A stretch of DNA of 64,000 nt from Acidobacteriota bacterium. GTDB lineage: Bacteria > Acidobacteriota > Thermoanaerobaculia > Gp7-AA8. The notes under the pieces were generated by a model. It saw only the letters and a program-made list of their open reading frames with translations. It made no database searches and was not told the DNA's origin. The stretch lies in assembly GCA_019244185.1 (NCBI GenBank), contig JAFATB010000009.1, positions 1 through 64,000 of the forward strand, read 5' to 3'. A program made the translations under genes and the position numbers. Of the stretch, positions 38,720 through 48,028 are shown one piece after another (position 1 is the stretch's first letter; the number at the start of each line of letters is the position of its first letter).

Positions 38720-39024
38720 TGCGCGCTGCAGTTGACGCGGCGCTTCGCGCCGCGCAACTGAGCGGCGCACATGCAGTGGCGCGCTGACTCGTCGATCCCG
38801 CCGTCGCGCACAGACGCGCAGATCGCGCGCAGGTCGTCATCGGTCATCCGCTTCAACTCGCGCGCCGTTGCGCGCTGCAGTTGACGCGGCGCTTCGCGCC
38901 GCGCAACTGAGCGCGCACATGGAGTGGCGCCCTACTCGTCGATCCCCGCCGTATGCGTCGGCGGCAGTGTGCGCAGATACGCATAGATCGCGCGCAGATC
39001 GTCGTCCGTCATCCGCTTCAGTTC
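38720..39024. repeat. Imperfect tandem duplication of a hairpin plus the 3' end of the cytochrome c gene
   Basis: 38720-38859 aligns with 38869-39024; both start with TGCGCGCTGCAGTTGACGCGGCGCTTCGCGCCGCGCAACTGAGCG. Confidence 0.9.
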
Positions 39025-39876
39025 CGGCCACGGCATGAACGGATGGATCGCGTTCCCCTCCGGATCCTTCCCCGTGCGGATCGCGCGCAAAAAGTCCGCC
39101 TCGCTCCAGCGGCCGATGCCGGTCTCGGAATCGGGCGTGAGGTTCGACGGCCGCGCGGGAAAGTCCGCCGGCGGCTTCGGCACGCCCGCGAGCAGGCGTG
39201 AGCGGTCGGGCTTCTGCAGCAGCCCCGTGCGCGGCGTGTGGCATTCGGCGCAGAGCGCGGCATGCTGCGTGAGGTACGCGCCGTACGCCGCGTTGGCTCC
39301 CGCCGGCGTCGAGGCGACGGCGAGCTCCGGCTTCGGGCGGAGGAACAGGACCTTTCCGATGCGGAAGATGACGTTCGGACTCTGGCGCACCTCGGCGCGC
39401 ACGGGCGGCAACGTCTTGAGATAGCGCGCGATCGCGAACGCGTCGGCGTCCGACAGCTCGTGGAACCATTCGTACGGCATCACTGGCGCGAGCAGGCGTC
39501 CGTCGCGGCGCACGCCGTTGCGGATCGCGCGCACCAGCTCCGCGTCCGTCCAGCCGCCGATGCCGGTGTCGGCGTCGGACGTGAGATTCGACGCGCGCGC
39601 CACGCCGATGCGCCAGTTCCGGAACTCCTTTCCTCCGGCCAGCGCTCCATCCGGATTCTTCGCGTCGGCGGAATGACAGCCGCCGCACACCGCCACGTTG
39701 CGCACGAGATACTCGCCGCGCGCGACCGATGCGTCGCCTGCCTCCGGCGCGGGCACGCGCGGCAGCGGCACTTGCGAATGCCCGCAGCGCAGCGCGGTCA
39801 GTGTGAAGAGGAAGATCGTCGCGGCGGCCGGAACGCGTCCGCGCGCGGAGGGCCGGAGAAATCGTGCAGCGTCCAT
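38932..39876 (-). CDS. Exported diheme cytochrome c (dehydrogenase cytochrome-subunit-like)
   Basis: RGEYL....CGGCH and GAYL....CAECHTPR, two NLT.D..TGIG.W units, MPY/MPW ligand motifs; start uncertain. Confidence 0.88.
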   Translation of the reverse strand: MDAARFLRPSARGRVPAAATIFLFTLTALRCGHSQVPLPRVPAPEAGDASVARGEYLVRNVAVCGGCHSADAKNPDGALAGGKEFRNWRIGVARASNLTSDADTGIGGWTDAELVRAIRNGVRRDGRLLAPVMPYEWFHELSDADAFAIARYLKTLPPVRAEVRQSPNVIFRIGKVLFLRPKPELAVASTPAGANAAYGAYLTQHAALCAECHTPRTGLLQKPDRSRLLAGVPKPPADFPARPSNLTPDSETGIGRWSEADFLRAIRTGKDPEGNAIHPFMPWPELKRMTDDDLRAIYAYLRTLPPTHTAGIDE

Positions 39877-39929
39877 CGACAGCACCTCGCGTCTGCCGGG
39901 CGCTGCAAGACGGGAGCCCGCGCCGCCTC

Positions 39930-39938
39930 TGCTACACT
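39930..39938 (+). promoter_or_regulatory. Extended -10 promoter for the TPP riboswitch operon
   Basis: TGcTACACT a few nt upstream of the aptamer. Confidence 0.55.
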
Positions 39939-39944
39939 CTCCGC

Positions 39945-40026
39945 CAGCCTCGGGGTGGCCGCGCATCGCACGGCCTGAGATCAAACCCGTGGAACCTGAT
40001 CCGGCTCGCACCGGCGTAGGGAAGGC
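39945..40026 (+). ncRNA. TPP (THI-box) riboswitch
   Basis: GGGGTG...CTGAGA...ACCCGTGGAACCTGATCCGG...ACCGGCGTAGGGA consensus blocks; P1 GCCT/AGGC. Confidence 0.95.
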
Positions 40027-40028
40027 AA

Positions 40029-42083
40029 ATGAAACGACTCGCCGCGGTTTTTCTCCCTCTCTTTCTTTTCACCATTCCAGTGCTCGCGGATGATCCGCCG
40101 TTTACGGAGACCATCGTCGTCTCCGCGATCCGCGCGGACGACGCGAAGCCGGTCACGAAGACCGACATCCCGCGCGGGGAGATCGAGGCCGACTATCACG
40201 GGCAGGACGTGCCGCTGCTGCTGCGCGACGCGCCGTCGGTGCACGCGTGGAGCGAGTCGGGCGCGGGCGGCGCCGGCTACTCGTACATCTCGCTGCGCGG
40301 CGTCGCGGCCACGCGGCTCAATTTCACGCTCGACGGCGTGCCGCTCGCCGACTCCGAAGACATGGGGACGTACTTTGCGGACTTTCCCGATCTCGCGCGC
40401 TCGCTGGAGAGCATTCAGATCCAGCGCGGCGTCGGCACGTCGACGGTCGGCAGTCCGTCGTTCGGTGGATCCGTGAATCTCGAATCGATCGCAGTCGGCA
40501 GCGATCAGCAGTTCGACGCCACCGTCGGCGGCGGCTCGTTCGGCAATCGCCAGCTCTCGGCCGGCTATCACTCCGGCGCGTTCGCGAACGGCTTCGCGTT
40601 CTACACGCGGCTCTCGCTCCTCGAATCCGACGGCTATCGCGACAACTCCGCCATGCGCCAGCGCGATCTCTTCTTCAGCGGCGTCAAGCCGATCGGCAAC
40701 GCGCTGCTGCAACTGACCGGCTTCTCCGGGCACGAGCGCCAGCAGCTCTCGTTCTACGCCGCCGACGCGGACACGCTGCGCGTCGATCCGCGCGCGAATC
40801 CGCTCTCGCCCGACGAGCATGACAGCTTCGGCTACGACCTCGCGCAGCTCCAGTACATCCGGCCGCTCGGCGCATCGAGCGACATGACCGCGTCCGCGTA
40901 CTACCAGCGTGGCTACGGCTGGTATCGGCTCTTCGACGAAGAAGCCACGCTGCGCCAGTACGGTCTCGATGGCCTGCTCGCCGGCACGATGCTCACGTAC
41001 TCGCATGCGGTCGGCGGCTTCACGCTCAACAGCGGCGTGCACGTGAACCGCTTCGAACGCGAGCACACGCGCGACGACGTCGTGGCGCAGACGCGCGACT
41101 ACGCCAACGACGGCGTAAAGTCCGAGGCCAACGCCTTCGCGAAGCTGACGTGGCAGGCCGCGCGCTGGACGATCTACGGCGACGCGCAACTGCGCACCGC
41201 GCGCTTCGCGTACCACGGCGACGTCTCCATCGATCCGATCTCCTGGACCTTCTTCAATCCGAAAATCGGCGCGCGCTACGGGCTCACGTCGAATGCCAGC
41301 GTCTACGCGTCGGCGGGCCTCTCGACGCGCGAGCCCGCGCGCAACGATCTCTTTCAGGGCGAAGACAACGCGTCCATTCCGCACGACCTCAACGCGGTGA
41401 AGCCCGAGCATCTCGCCGACTTCGAGGCTGGCTGGAACTGGCGGCGGCGCGGAGTCGAAGTCGCGGCGAACGTCTACGCGATGGAGTTCCACGACGAGAT
41501 CGCCGCGACCGGCGAGCTCTCCGACATCGGCCTCGCGCTGCGCCGCAACGTCGACCGCAGCTCGCGGCGCGGGCTCGAGCTCGAGGCGAAATGGCAGGTG
41601 CGCCCGAACGTTCGGCTGCGCACCGACGCGAACGTCAGCCGCAATCGCATCCGGACGTGGACGCAGTTCTTCGACGTCTACGACGACGCCGGCACCTTCA
41701 CCGGCTCCGATGCCGTCACGTACCACGACGTCGAGCCGCTGCTCACGCCGAACGTGCTGCTCAATCAGACGATCGAGTACGCCCCGACGCGCCGCGTCTC
41801 CCTCGGCGCCGTCGCGCGCTACGCCGGCCGCTCCTATCTCGACAACACCGGCAATCCCGCGTTCGCGACGCCGTCGTTTTTCACCGCCGACGCGCGCGTT
41901 GCGTATGCCGTCACGCCGCGGGCGCGCGTTTCGCTCCAGGTCGACAACGTGTTCGACAACGACCGCGTCTACGCGAACGGCTACAGCTACCTCTACGAGT
42001 CCGGCGGCGCGCGCACCGGCACCGCGTACTACTTCCCGCAGGCCACGCGCTCGGCGAGCGTGCTGCTCGATCTGGACTGGTGA
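40029..42083 (+). CDS. TonB-dependent outer-membrane receptor, probably for thiamine
   Basis: Signal peptide, TonB box ETIVVSA, plug ISLRG...LDGVPL...IQIQRG...GGSVN, C-terminal aromatic residue; directly under the TPP riboswitch. Confidence 0.92.
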   Translation: MKRLAAVFLPLFLFTIPVLADDPPFTETIVVSAIRADDAKPVTKTDIPRGEIEADYHGQDVPLLLRDAPSVHAWSESGAGGAGYSYISLRGVAATRLNFTLDGVPLADSEDMGTYFADFPDLARSLESIQIQRGVGTSTVGSPSFGGSVNLESIAVGSDQQFDATVGGGSFGNRQLSAGYHSGAFANGFAFYTRLSLLESDGYRDNSAMRQRDLFFSGVKPIGNALLQLTGFSGHERQQLSFYAADADTLRVDPRANPLSPDEHDSFGYDLAQLQYIRPLGASSDMTASAYYQRGYGWYRLFDEEATLRQYGLDGLLAGTMLTYSHAVGGFTLNSGVHVNRFEREHTRDDVVAQTRDYANDGVKSEANAFAKLTWQAARWTIYGDAQLRTARFAYHGDVSIDPISWTFFNPKIGARYGLTSNASVYASAGLSTREPARNDLFQGEDNASIPHDLNAVKPEHLADFEAGWNWRRRGVEVAANVYAMEFHDEIAATGELSDIGLALRRNVDRSSRRGLELEAKWQVRPNVRLRTDANVSRNRIRTWTQFFDVYDDAGTFTGSDAVTYHDVEPLLTPNVLLNQTIEYAPTRRVSLGAVARYAGRSYLDNTGNPAFATPSFFTADARVAYAVTPRARVSLQVDNVFDNDRVYANGYSYLYESGGARTGTAYYFPQATRSASVLLDLDW

Positions 42084-42084
42084 C

Positions 42085-42645
42085 TTGAGCCCGATCGAGA
42101 TCGTCGCCGCCATCGTCACCGTCGCCAGCATCGCGCTGGCGACGCGCGAGAACGTCTGGTACTACCCGACCGGCATCGCCAGCGTGCTGCTCTACGCGTG
42201 GGTCTACTTCTCCGCGCGCCTGTACGCGGAGTCGATGCTGCAGCTGATCTGGCTCGCGCTCATGATCTACGGCTGGCACCAGTGGCTGCACGGCGGCGCG
42301 AACAAGCGCGAGCTGCCGGTGACGCGCACCACGCGCTGGGGCTGGATCGTGGTCGCGTTCCTCGGACTCGTGCTTTCCGCGATCATCATCGGCATCCAGC
42401 GCCGCTGGACGAACAACCCCGCGCCGTACGTCGACTCGTCCATCGCGGCGTGGAGCATCGTCGCGCAGTGGATGACCGCGCGGAAGTGGATCGAGAACTG
42501 GATCCTCTGGATCGTCATCAACGTCGCCGCGGTCGCGCTCTACATCAACCGCCAGCTCTGGCCCACCGCCGTCGTCTACGCGATCCTCTTCATCCTCGGC
42601 ATCGAGGGCTATCGCAAGTGGCGCAAGTCGCTCGTGTCGTTCTGA
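42085..42645 (+). CDS. pnuC: PnuC-family vitamin transporter (PnuT-like), TTG start
   Basis: ENVWYYP.G, YGWHQW, PYVDS, AQWMTARKWIENWILW. Confidence 0.92.
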   Translation: MSPIEIVAAIVTVASIALATRENVWYYPTGIASVLLYAWVYFSARLYAESMLQLIWLALMIYGWHQWLHGGANKRELPVTRTTRWGWIVVAFLGLVLSAIIIGIQRRWTNNPAPYVDSSIAAWSIVAQWMTARKWIENWILWIVINVAAVALYINRQLWPTAVVYAILFILGIEGYRKWRKSLVSF

Positions 42646-43136
42646 CCGGCCCCGAGTCGACGGGGAAGACGCAGCTCGCGCAGCGCCTGGCGCGCGACCT
42701 CGGCGTCGCGTGGGTTCCCGAATACGCGCGCGAGTACGCGGAAGCGCGCGGCAACGCGCTGACAGCCGCCGACGTCGACTGGATCGCGCGCGGCCAGATC
42801 GCGAACGAAGACCGCGCGCCGGACGCGCCGATCCGCGACACGGACCTCATCTCGACCGTCGTCTATGCGCGCCACTACTACGGCGCGTGTCCGGCGTGGA
42901 TTGAAGCGGAAGCGCGCGCGCGCCGTGCGGCTCTCTATCTGTTGCTCGACACCGACGTCGAATGGCAGCCGGACGCCGCGCGCGATGCCGGCGGCGACGA
43001 GCGCGAGGATCTCTTCGACGCCTTTCGCGCCGCGCTCGACGAATTCGACACGCGCTGGGAGATCGTGAGCGGCGACTGGGACGAACGCTACCGCGCCGCG
43101 CTACGCCACATCGGCCAGATCGACGGTGATCAGTAG
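42618..43136 (+). CDS. NadR-kinase-like P-loop protein (AAA_28 type)
   Basis: VVLTGPESTGKT.LA..LA, VPEYAREY, DTDLIST, YLLLDTDVEW.PD..R; GTG start after GAGGG. Confidence 0.88.
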   Translation: MAQVARVVLTGPESTGKTQLAQRLARDLGVAWVPEYAREYAEARGNALTAADVDWIARGQIANEDRAPDAPIRDTDLISTVVYARHYYGACPAWIEAEARARRAALYLLLDTDVEWQPDAARDAGGDEREDLFDAFRAALDEFDTRWEIVSGDWDERYRAALRHIGQIDGDQ

Positions 43137-43580
43137 GAGGCAGCCGTCGGCGGACGCCACGACGTCGCCGTGATGCGAGCCGGCGTCCACCTGATGAAAG
43201 TCTCCCGCGGCCAGCGCGACGCCGCCGATGTGGCAGCTCCCGCGCACGACGTACGACTCTTCCGCGCCCTTGTGATCGTGCGCCGGCAGGATCGACTGCG
43301 GCGCCAGCTCGAGCAGACACGTCATCGTGTTGCGGCGCGCGTCCTTCGTCAGCTTCTTCGTGCGCACGCCCGGTGCGACGTCGACCCAGCGTCCTTCGTC
43401 CGCGCGCACCGTGCGGCTCTCGTCTGGCCCCGGCACGCGCTCGTCGAGCTGCGGCGTGCGCGCGATCTGTGCGAGCACCTGCGCCCGCACGTGCGGCGGC
43501 GGCACGACCGGCGCGATCGTCTCCTTCGCGAGCGCGTCGAGCACGGCGAGTTCTTCGGCAGACAGTACGTCGCTCAACAT
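43101..43580 (-). CDS. ChrR-like cupin domain protein
   Basis: PPPHVRAQVL, W....PGV..K.L, LPAHDH.GAEE.YV..G, GDF.....GSHH, GCLLL. Confidence 0.8.
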   Translation of the reverse strand: MLSDVLSAEELAVLDALAKETIAPVVPPPHVRAQVLAQIARTPQLDERVPGPDESRTVRADEGRWVDVAPGVRTKKLTKDARRNTMTCLLELAPQSILPAHDHKGAEESYVVRGSCHIGGVALAAGDFHQVDAGSHHGDVVASADGCLLLITVDLADVA

Positions 43581-43639
43581 GTCCCCCGAGATTGTACGGG
43601 CAGAACGGCCGATCGGTTCATTCAGTACCATCTGACCCC

Positions 43640-44197
43640 ATGAACTGGCTGGTGAAGAACTTCCTGCGCGGCCTCGTCATCGTCGTTCCGATCGCGCTGA
43701 CGCTCTACCTGCTCTACCAGTCCTTCATCACCCTCGACGGTCTCCTGCATCTGCCCGCGCCCGGACTCGGCCTCCTCGTGCTCGTCGCCGCGACCATCGT
43801 CGTCGGTGCGTTCGCGTCGAACTTCGTCGGACGCCGCCTCGTGCGCGTGACGGACGCGCTCTTCACCACCGCGCCGATCGTGCGCATCGTCTACGCGGCG
43901 ATCAAGGACCTGCTCGAGGCGTTCGTCGGCAACAAGCGCCGCTTCGACAAGCCGGTGTCGATCGACCTGAGCGAAGGCGTCCGCGTCTTCGGCTTCATCA
44001 CGCAGGACGAGATGGGCGCGCTGGCGCGGCCGGGCGACGTCGCCGTGTACGTGCCGTTCTCCTACACGTGGGACGGGTGTCTGCTCGTCGTCGCACGCGA
44101 GCGCGTGCGGCCGCTCGATGCCGACAGCGCCAGCGTGATGGCGCTGGTGATCTCCGGCGGCGTGTCGCGCACCGCAGCGGGCGAGACAATTCGCTGA
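43640..44197 (+). CDS. DUF502 membrane protein
   Basis: FLRGL.IVVPIALT, P.VR.VY.AIKDL, GFIT, VYVPFSY, M.LVISGG. Confidence 0.88.
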   Translation: MNWLVKNFLRGLVIVVPIALTLYLLYQSFITLDGLLHLPAPGLGLLVLVAATIVVGAFASNFVGRRLVRVTDALFTTAPIVRIVYAAIKDLLEAFVGNKRRFDKPVSIDLSEGVRVFGFITQDEMGALARPGDVAVYVPFSYTWDGCLLVVARERVRPLDADSASVMALVISGGVSRTAAGETIR

Positions 44198-44208
44198 AGC
44201 GAACGGCC

Positions 44209-44236
44209 TTGCGTCACCACTGAAATTGAATATGAT
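44209..44236 (+). promoter_or_regulatory. Candidate sigma70 promoter of the act-cta operon
   Basis: TTGCGT-N16-TATGAT in an AT-rich patch about 100 nt upstream of actA. Confidence 0.45.
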
Positions 44237-44332
44237 GCGCCTCGCCCGCGCGTCTCGCGCGCTCAGCCACGCGGCAGCGTCCCTGCCCTCTCACGGATTG
44301 AAATCTTCATCGACCGGACGGTAGCACCTTAG

Positions 44333-44980
44333 ATGGCGCAGATCTTCCACCGCAGTGCCAATACGCTCTCGCGCGTCACGATCTTCGGCGCGATCTTCGT
44401 GGCCGGTTTCGTGCTCTGGACCATCGGCGGCATCGTCCGTTCGCCGTACTTCACGAACCAGGGCATTCATCGCGAGCAGGTCGTTCCCTTCAGCCATCAG
44501 CACCACGTCGCGGGACTCGGCATCGACTGCCGTTACTGCCACACGTCGGTCGAAGTCTCGAACTTCGCCGGCATCCCGCCGACCTCCACGTGCATGAACT
44601 GCCATGCGCAGATCTGGACCAACGCGGAGATGCTCGAGCCGGTGCGCGCGTCGTACCGCACCGGGCAGCCGCTGCACTGGGTCCGCGTGCATCGCCTGCC
44701 CGACTTCGTCCACTTCAATCACAGCATCCACGTCGCTAAAGGCGTCGGCTGCGCGACCTGCCACGGCCGCGTCGACCGCATGAATCTGATGTATCAGGCC
44801 TCGCCGCTCACGATGGAGTGGTGCCTCGACTGCCACCGCGCGCCGGAGAAGTACCTCCGGCCGAAAGAGGAAGTCTTCAACATGGCTTACGTCGCGAAGG
44901 ATCAGGCGACGCTCGGCCCGCAACTGGTGAAAAAGTACGCCGTCCGGAGTCTCACGCACTGCTCGACCTGTCACTACTGA
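44333..44980 (+). CDS. actA: Alternative complex III pentaheme cytochrome c ActA
   Basis: Five CxxCH motifs (CRYCH, CMNCH, CATCH, CLDCH, CSTCH); MAQIF N-terminal TM; PFSH..H. Confidence 0.95.
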   Translation: MAQIFHRSANTLSRVTIFGAIFVAGFVLWTIGGIVRSPYFTNQGIHREQVVPFSHQHHVAGLGIDCRYCHTSVEVSNFAGIPPTSTCMNCHAQIWTNAEMLEPVRASYRTGQPLHWVRVHRLPDFVHFNHSIHVAKGVGCATCHGRVDRMNLMYQASPLTMEWCLDCHRAPEKYLRPKEEVFNMAYVAKDQATLGPQLVKKYAVRSLTHCSTCHY

Positions 44981-45008
44981 GCCGGACGACGGCGGCAGAA
45001 CCCGAATC

Positions 45009-48000
45009 ATGAGCGATCAAAAAACCTTGAATTTCACCGAGTTCCGCGCGCGCGTGGGCGACCTGCGCGGCAAGGAATTCTGGCGCAGCCTCGAGGAGCT
45101 GTCGCGCAGCGACGTCTTCGACGAGTTCTTCGAACAGGAGTTCCCCCAGCAGGCGCTTCCGCTGAAGAAAGGCGTCGACCGCCGCGACTTCATGAAGCTC
45201 ATGGGCGCGTCGGTGGCCATGGCCGGACTTGCGGCCTGCCGTCAGCCGGCGGAAGCCATCATTCCGTACGTCCGCCAGCCCGAGAGCATCATCCCCGGAC
45301 GCCCGCTCTACTTCGCCAGCGCCATGACCCTCGGCGGCGTCGCCACCGGCGTGCTCGTCGAGAGCCACATGAACCGCCCCACCAAGATCGAGGGCAATCC
45401 CGAGCATCCGTCCTCGCTCGGCGCGAGCAACTCGTTCATGCAGGCCTCGATCCTCGGCCTCTACGATCCCGACCGCTCGCAGGTCGTCCGCCGCCTCGGC
45501 GACACCGCGACCTGGTCCGACTTCATCGGCGCGATCCAGCCGGTGCTCAACGCCGCGAAGACGAACGGCGCGGGGCTCCGCCTCCTCACGCAGACCATCA
45601 CCTCGCCGTCGCTCGGCGCGCAGATCCAGCAGCTCCTCGCCATGTTCCCCGGCATGAAGTGGCACCAGTGGGAAGCGGTGAGCTACGACGGCGCGCGCGA
45701 AGGCGGACGGATGGCCTTCGGCAGCTACGTCAACACGGTCTACGACTTCACGAAAGCGAACGTCGTCGTCTCCCTCGGCTCGAACTTCCTCGACGAAGGT
45801 CCCGCGCACCTCCGCTACGCGCGCGACTTCATGGGCCGCCGCCGCGTCCGCGCGGGCGAGGCCAACCGCATGAACCGCCTCTACGCGATCGAGGCCGGCA
45901 TGACCTCGACCGGCTCCGTCGCCGAGCATCGCCTCGTCGTCAAGCCGTCGCAGATCGGCGAGATGGCGAACGCGCTGCTCAATGGCCAGGGCTCGAATCC
46001 CTTCCTCGCCGCGCTGCTCAAGGATCTCGAAGCCAACCGCGGCGCGAGCGCCTTCATCGCCGGCGACGAACAGCCCGCCGCCGTGCACGCGATCGCGCAC
46101 GCGCTCAACGCGCGCTACGGCAACATCGGCACGACCGTCACCATCACCGACTCGCTCGAAGTCGCCCCCACGAATCAGCTCGCGTCGCTGCAGGAGCTCG
46201 TGCGCGACATGAACGCCGGCGCCGTCAACGCGCTGGTGATCCTGGGCGGCAACCCCGTCTTCGACGCGCCGGTCGATCTGCAGTTCGTGAAGGCGCTCGA
46301 CAAGGTGCCGTTCCGCGTCCATCACTCGCTGCACTACGACGAGACCTCGCTGCACTGCCACTGGCACATCCCCGACACGCACTACCTCGAGACATGGGGC
46401 GATGCGCGCGGCCACGACGGTACGGTCTCAATCATCCAGCCGCTCATCGCGCCGCTCTACAACGGCCGCGCGACGTCCGAAGTCCTCGGCGCGCTCATCG
46501 GCGGTCTCGATCAGACGCCGTACGAGGCGGTACGCGCGTACTGGTTCGCGCACGGCGCAACCGAAGAGTCGTGGCGCCGCTGGGTCCACGACGGCGTGAT
46601 TCCCAACAGCGCGCTCCCCGCGCGTGCGGGCGCCGTCCCGAACGCGCCGTCGCCAGCGCCCGCGATCGCGTCGAGCGGCATCGAGATCGAGCTGCGCCAC
46701 GATCCGACGCTCTACGACGGCCGCTTCGCGAACAACGCCTGGCTGCAGGAGCTGCCGAAGCCGCAGACCAAGATCACGTGGGACAACGTGATGATCGTCG
46801 GACCGAAGACGTCCGAGAAGATCGGCTATGACGCCGACGATCGCGACGGCAACGTCAACGAGCGCCGCACGCGCTTCGCCGACGTCCAGTACCGCGGCGT
46901 GAAGATGCGCCTGCCGGTGTGGGTCGTACCGGGACACTGCGAAGACGTCGCGACGATCTACTTCGGCCCCGGCCGCGAGCGCGGCGGCAAAGTCGCGGAA
47001 GGCACCGGCTTCAACACGTATCCGCTGCGCTTCTCCGACGCGCTGCACGGCGGCCCCGGCGCGCAGATCGCCATGTCGGCCGCTTCGGAGATCTATCCGA
47101 TCGCGTGCACGCAGGAACATCAGTCGATCGATCCGAAAGTCGTCGGCGAGCGCGGCATCATCCGCGCCGGAACGCTCGCGGCGTATCTGAAGAACCCGCG
47201 CTTCGCGCAGGCCGAGGAGCATGGGAGCGACGTCGCCGGCGAAGGCAACGAGTCGTTCTACAAGCCGTACGACTACAGCGACAAACACGCCTGGGCGATG
47301 GTCATCGACCCGAGCGTTTGCACCGGCTGCAACGGCTGCGTCGCCGCGTGTCAGGCGGAGAACAACATCTCCGTCGTCGGCAAAGAGCAGGTCGTGCACG
47401 AGCGCGAGATGCACTGGCTGCGCATCGACCGCTACTACCGCGGCGACGTCGAGAATCCCGACGTCTTCCATCAGCCGGTGCCGTGCATGCAGTGCGAGCT
47501 CGCGCCGTGCGAGCCGGTGTGCCCGGTCGAGGCGACCTCGCACAGCGAAGACGGCCTCAATGACATGACGTACAACCGCTGCGTCGGCACGCGGTACTGC
47601 TCGAACAACTGCCCGTACAAAGTGCGGCGCTTCAACTTCTTCCATTACGCCGACTACGACACGCCGTCGTTCAAGCCGATGCGCAATCCCGACGTCACCA
47701 TCCGCACGCGCGGCGTCATGGAGAAGTGCACGTACTGCGTGCAGCGCATCAACGCCGCGAAGATCGACGCCGAGCGCGAAGGCCGCCGCGTGCGCGACGG
47801 CGAAGTCGTCACCGCCTGCCAGCAGGCGTGCCCGACCCAGGCCATCGTCTTCGGCGACATGAACGACAAGACCAGTGCCGTCGCGCGCCTCAAAGCCCAG
47901 CCGCAGAACTACGCGATGCTCGAAGAACTGCAGACGCGCCCGAGAACGACGTATCTCGCGACGATCCGCAACCCGAACCCGGAGCTGAAGCCGGAAAGCG

Positions 48001-48023
48001 CGGACACGGGGCGGGAGGGATAG
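45009..48023 (+). CDS. actB: Alternative complex III subunit ActB (molybdopterin-oxidoreductase-like plus Fe-S domain)
   Basis: FWRSLEEL...RRDFMKL Tat signal, GRP/KIEGNPEHP, CTGCNGCVAAC, CMQC..APCEPVCP, CVGTRYCSNNCPY, EKCTYC. Confidence 0.96.
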   Translation: MSDQKTLNFTEFRARVGDLRGKEFWRSLEELSRSDVFDEFFEQEFPQQALPLKKGVDRRDFMKLMGASVAMAGLAACRQPAEAIIPYVRQPESIIPGRPLYFASAMTLGGVATGVLVESHMNRPTKIEGNPEHPSSLGASNSFMQASILGLYDPDRSQVVRRLGDTATWSDFIGAIQPVLNAAKTNGAGLRLLTQTITSPSLGAQIQQLLAMFPGMKWHQWEAVSYDGAREGGRMAFGSYVNTVYDFTKANVVVSLGSNFLDEGPAHLRYARDFMGRRRVRAGEANRMNRLYAIEAGMTSTGSVAEHRLVVKPSQIGEMANALLNGQGSNPFLAALLKDLEANRGASAFIAGDEQPAAVHAIAHALNARYGNIGTTVTITDSLEVAPTNQLASLQELVRDMNAGAVNALVILGGNPVFDAPVDLQFVKALDKVPFRVHHSLHYDETSLHCHWHIPDTHYLETWGDARGHDGTVSIIQPLIAPLYNGRATSEVLGALIGGLDQTPYEAVRAYWFAHGATEESWRRWVHDGVIPNSALPARAGAVPNAPSPAPAIASSGIEIELRHDPTLYDGRFANNAWLQELPKPQTKITWDNVMIVGPKTSEKIGYDADDRDGNVNERRTRFADVQYRGVKMRLPVWVVPGHCEDVATIYFGPGRERGGKVAEGTGFNTYPLRFSDALHGGPGAQIAMSAASEIYPIACTQEHQSIDPKVVGERGIIRAGTLAAYLKNPRFAQAEEHGSDVAGEGNESFYKPYDYSDKHAWAMVIDPSVCTGCNGCVAACQAENNISVVGKEQVVHEREMHWLRIDRYYRGDVENPDVFHQPVPCMQCELAPCEPVCPVEATSHSEDGLNDMTYNRCVGTRYCSNNCPYKVRRFNFFHYADYDTPSFKPMRNPDVTIRTRGVMEKCTYCVQRINAAKIDAEREGRRVRDGEVVTACQQACPTQAIVFGDMNDKTSAVARLKAQPQNYAMLEELQTRPRTTYLATIRNPNPELKPESADTGREG

Positions 48024-48028
48024 AGATG

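Noticed and set aside
37132-38856. 574-aa minus ORF beginning MKRMTDDDLRAI as a second cytochrome gene
   Set aside because: Only the first ~20 codons derive from the duplicated fragment; the rest is antisense to ccmI, with no CxxCH and no SD
38720-39024. Possible diversity-generating retroelement TR/VR pair
   Set aside because: Differences are not adenine-specific (C>T, G>C and T>C are present), there is an indel, and no reverse transcriptase is in the window
44295-44311. FNR/CRP-like box upstream of actA (GATTGAAATCTTCATC)
   Set aside because: Only a half match to TTGAT-N4-ATCAA with poor symmetry; not supportable
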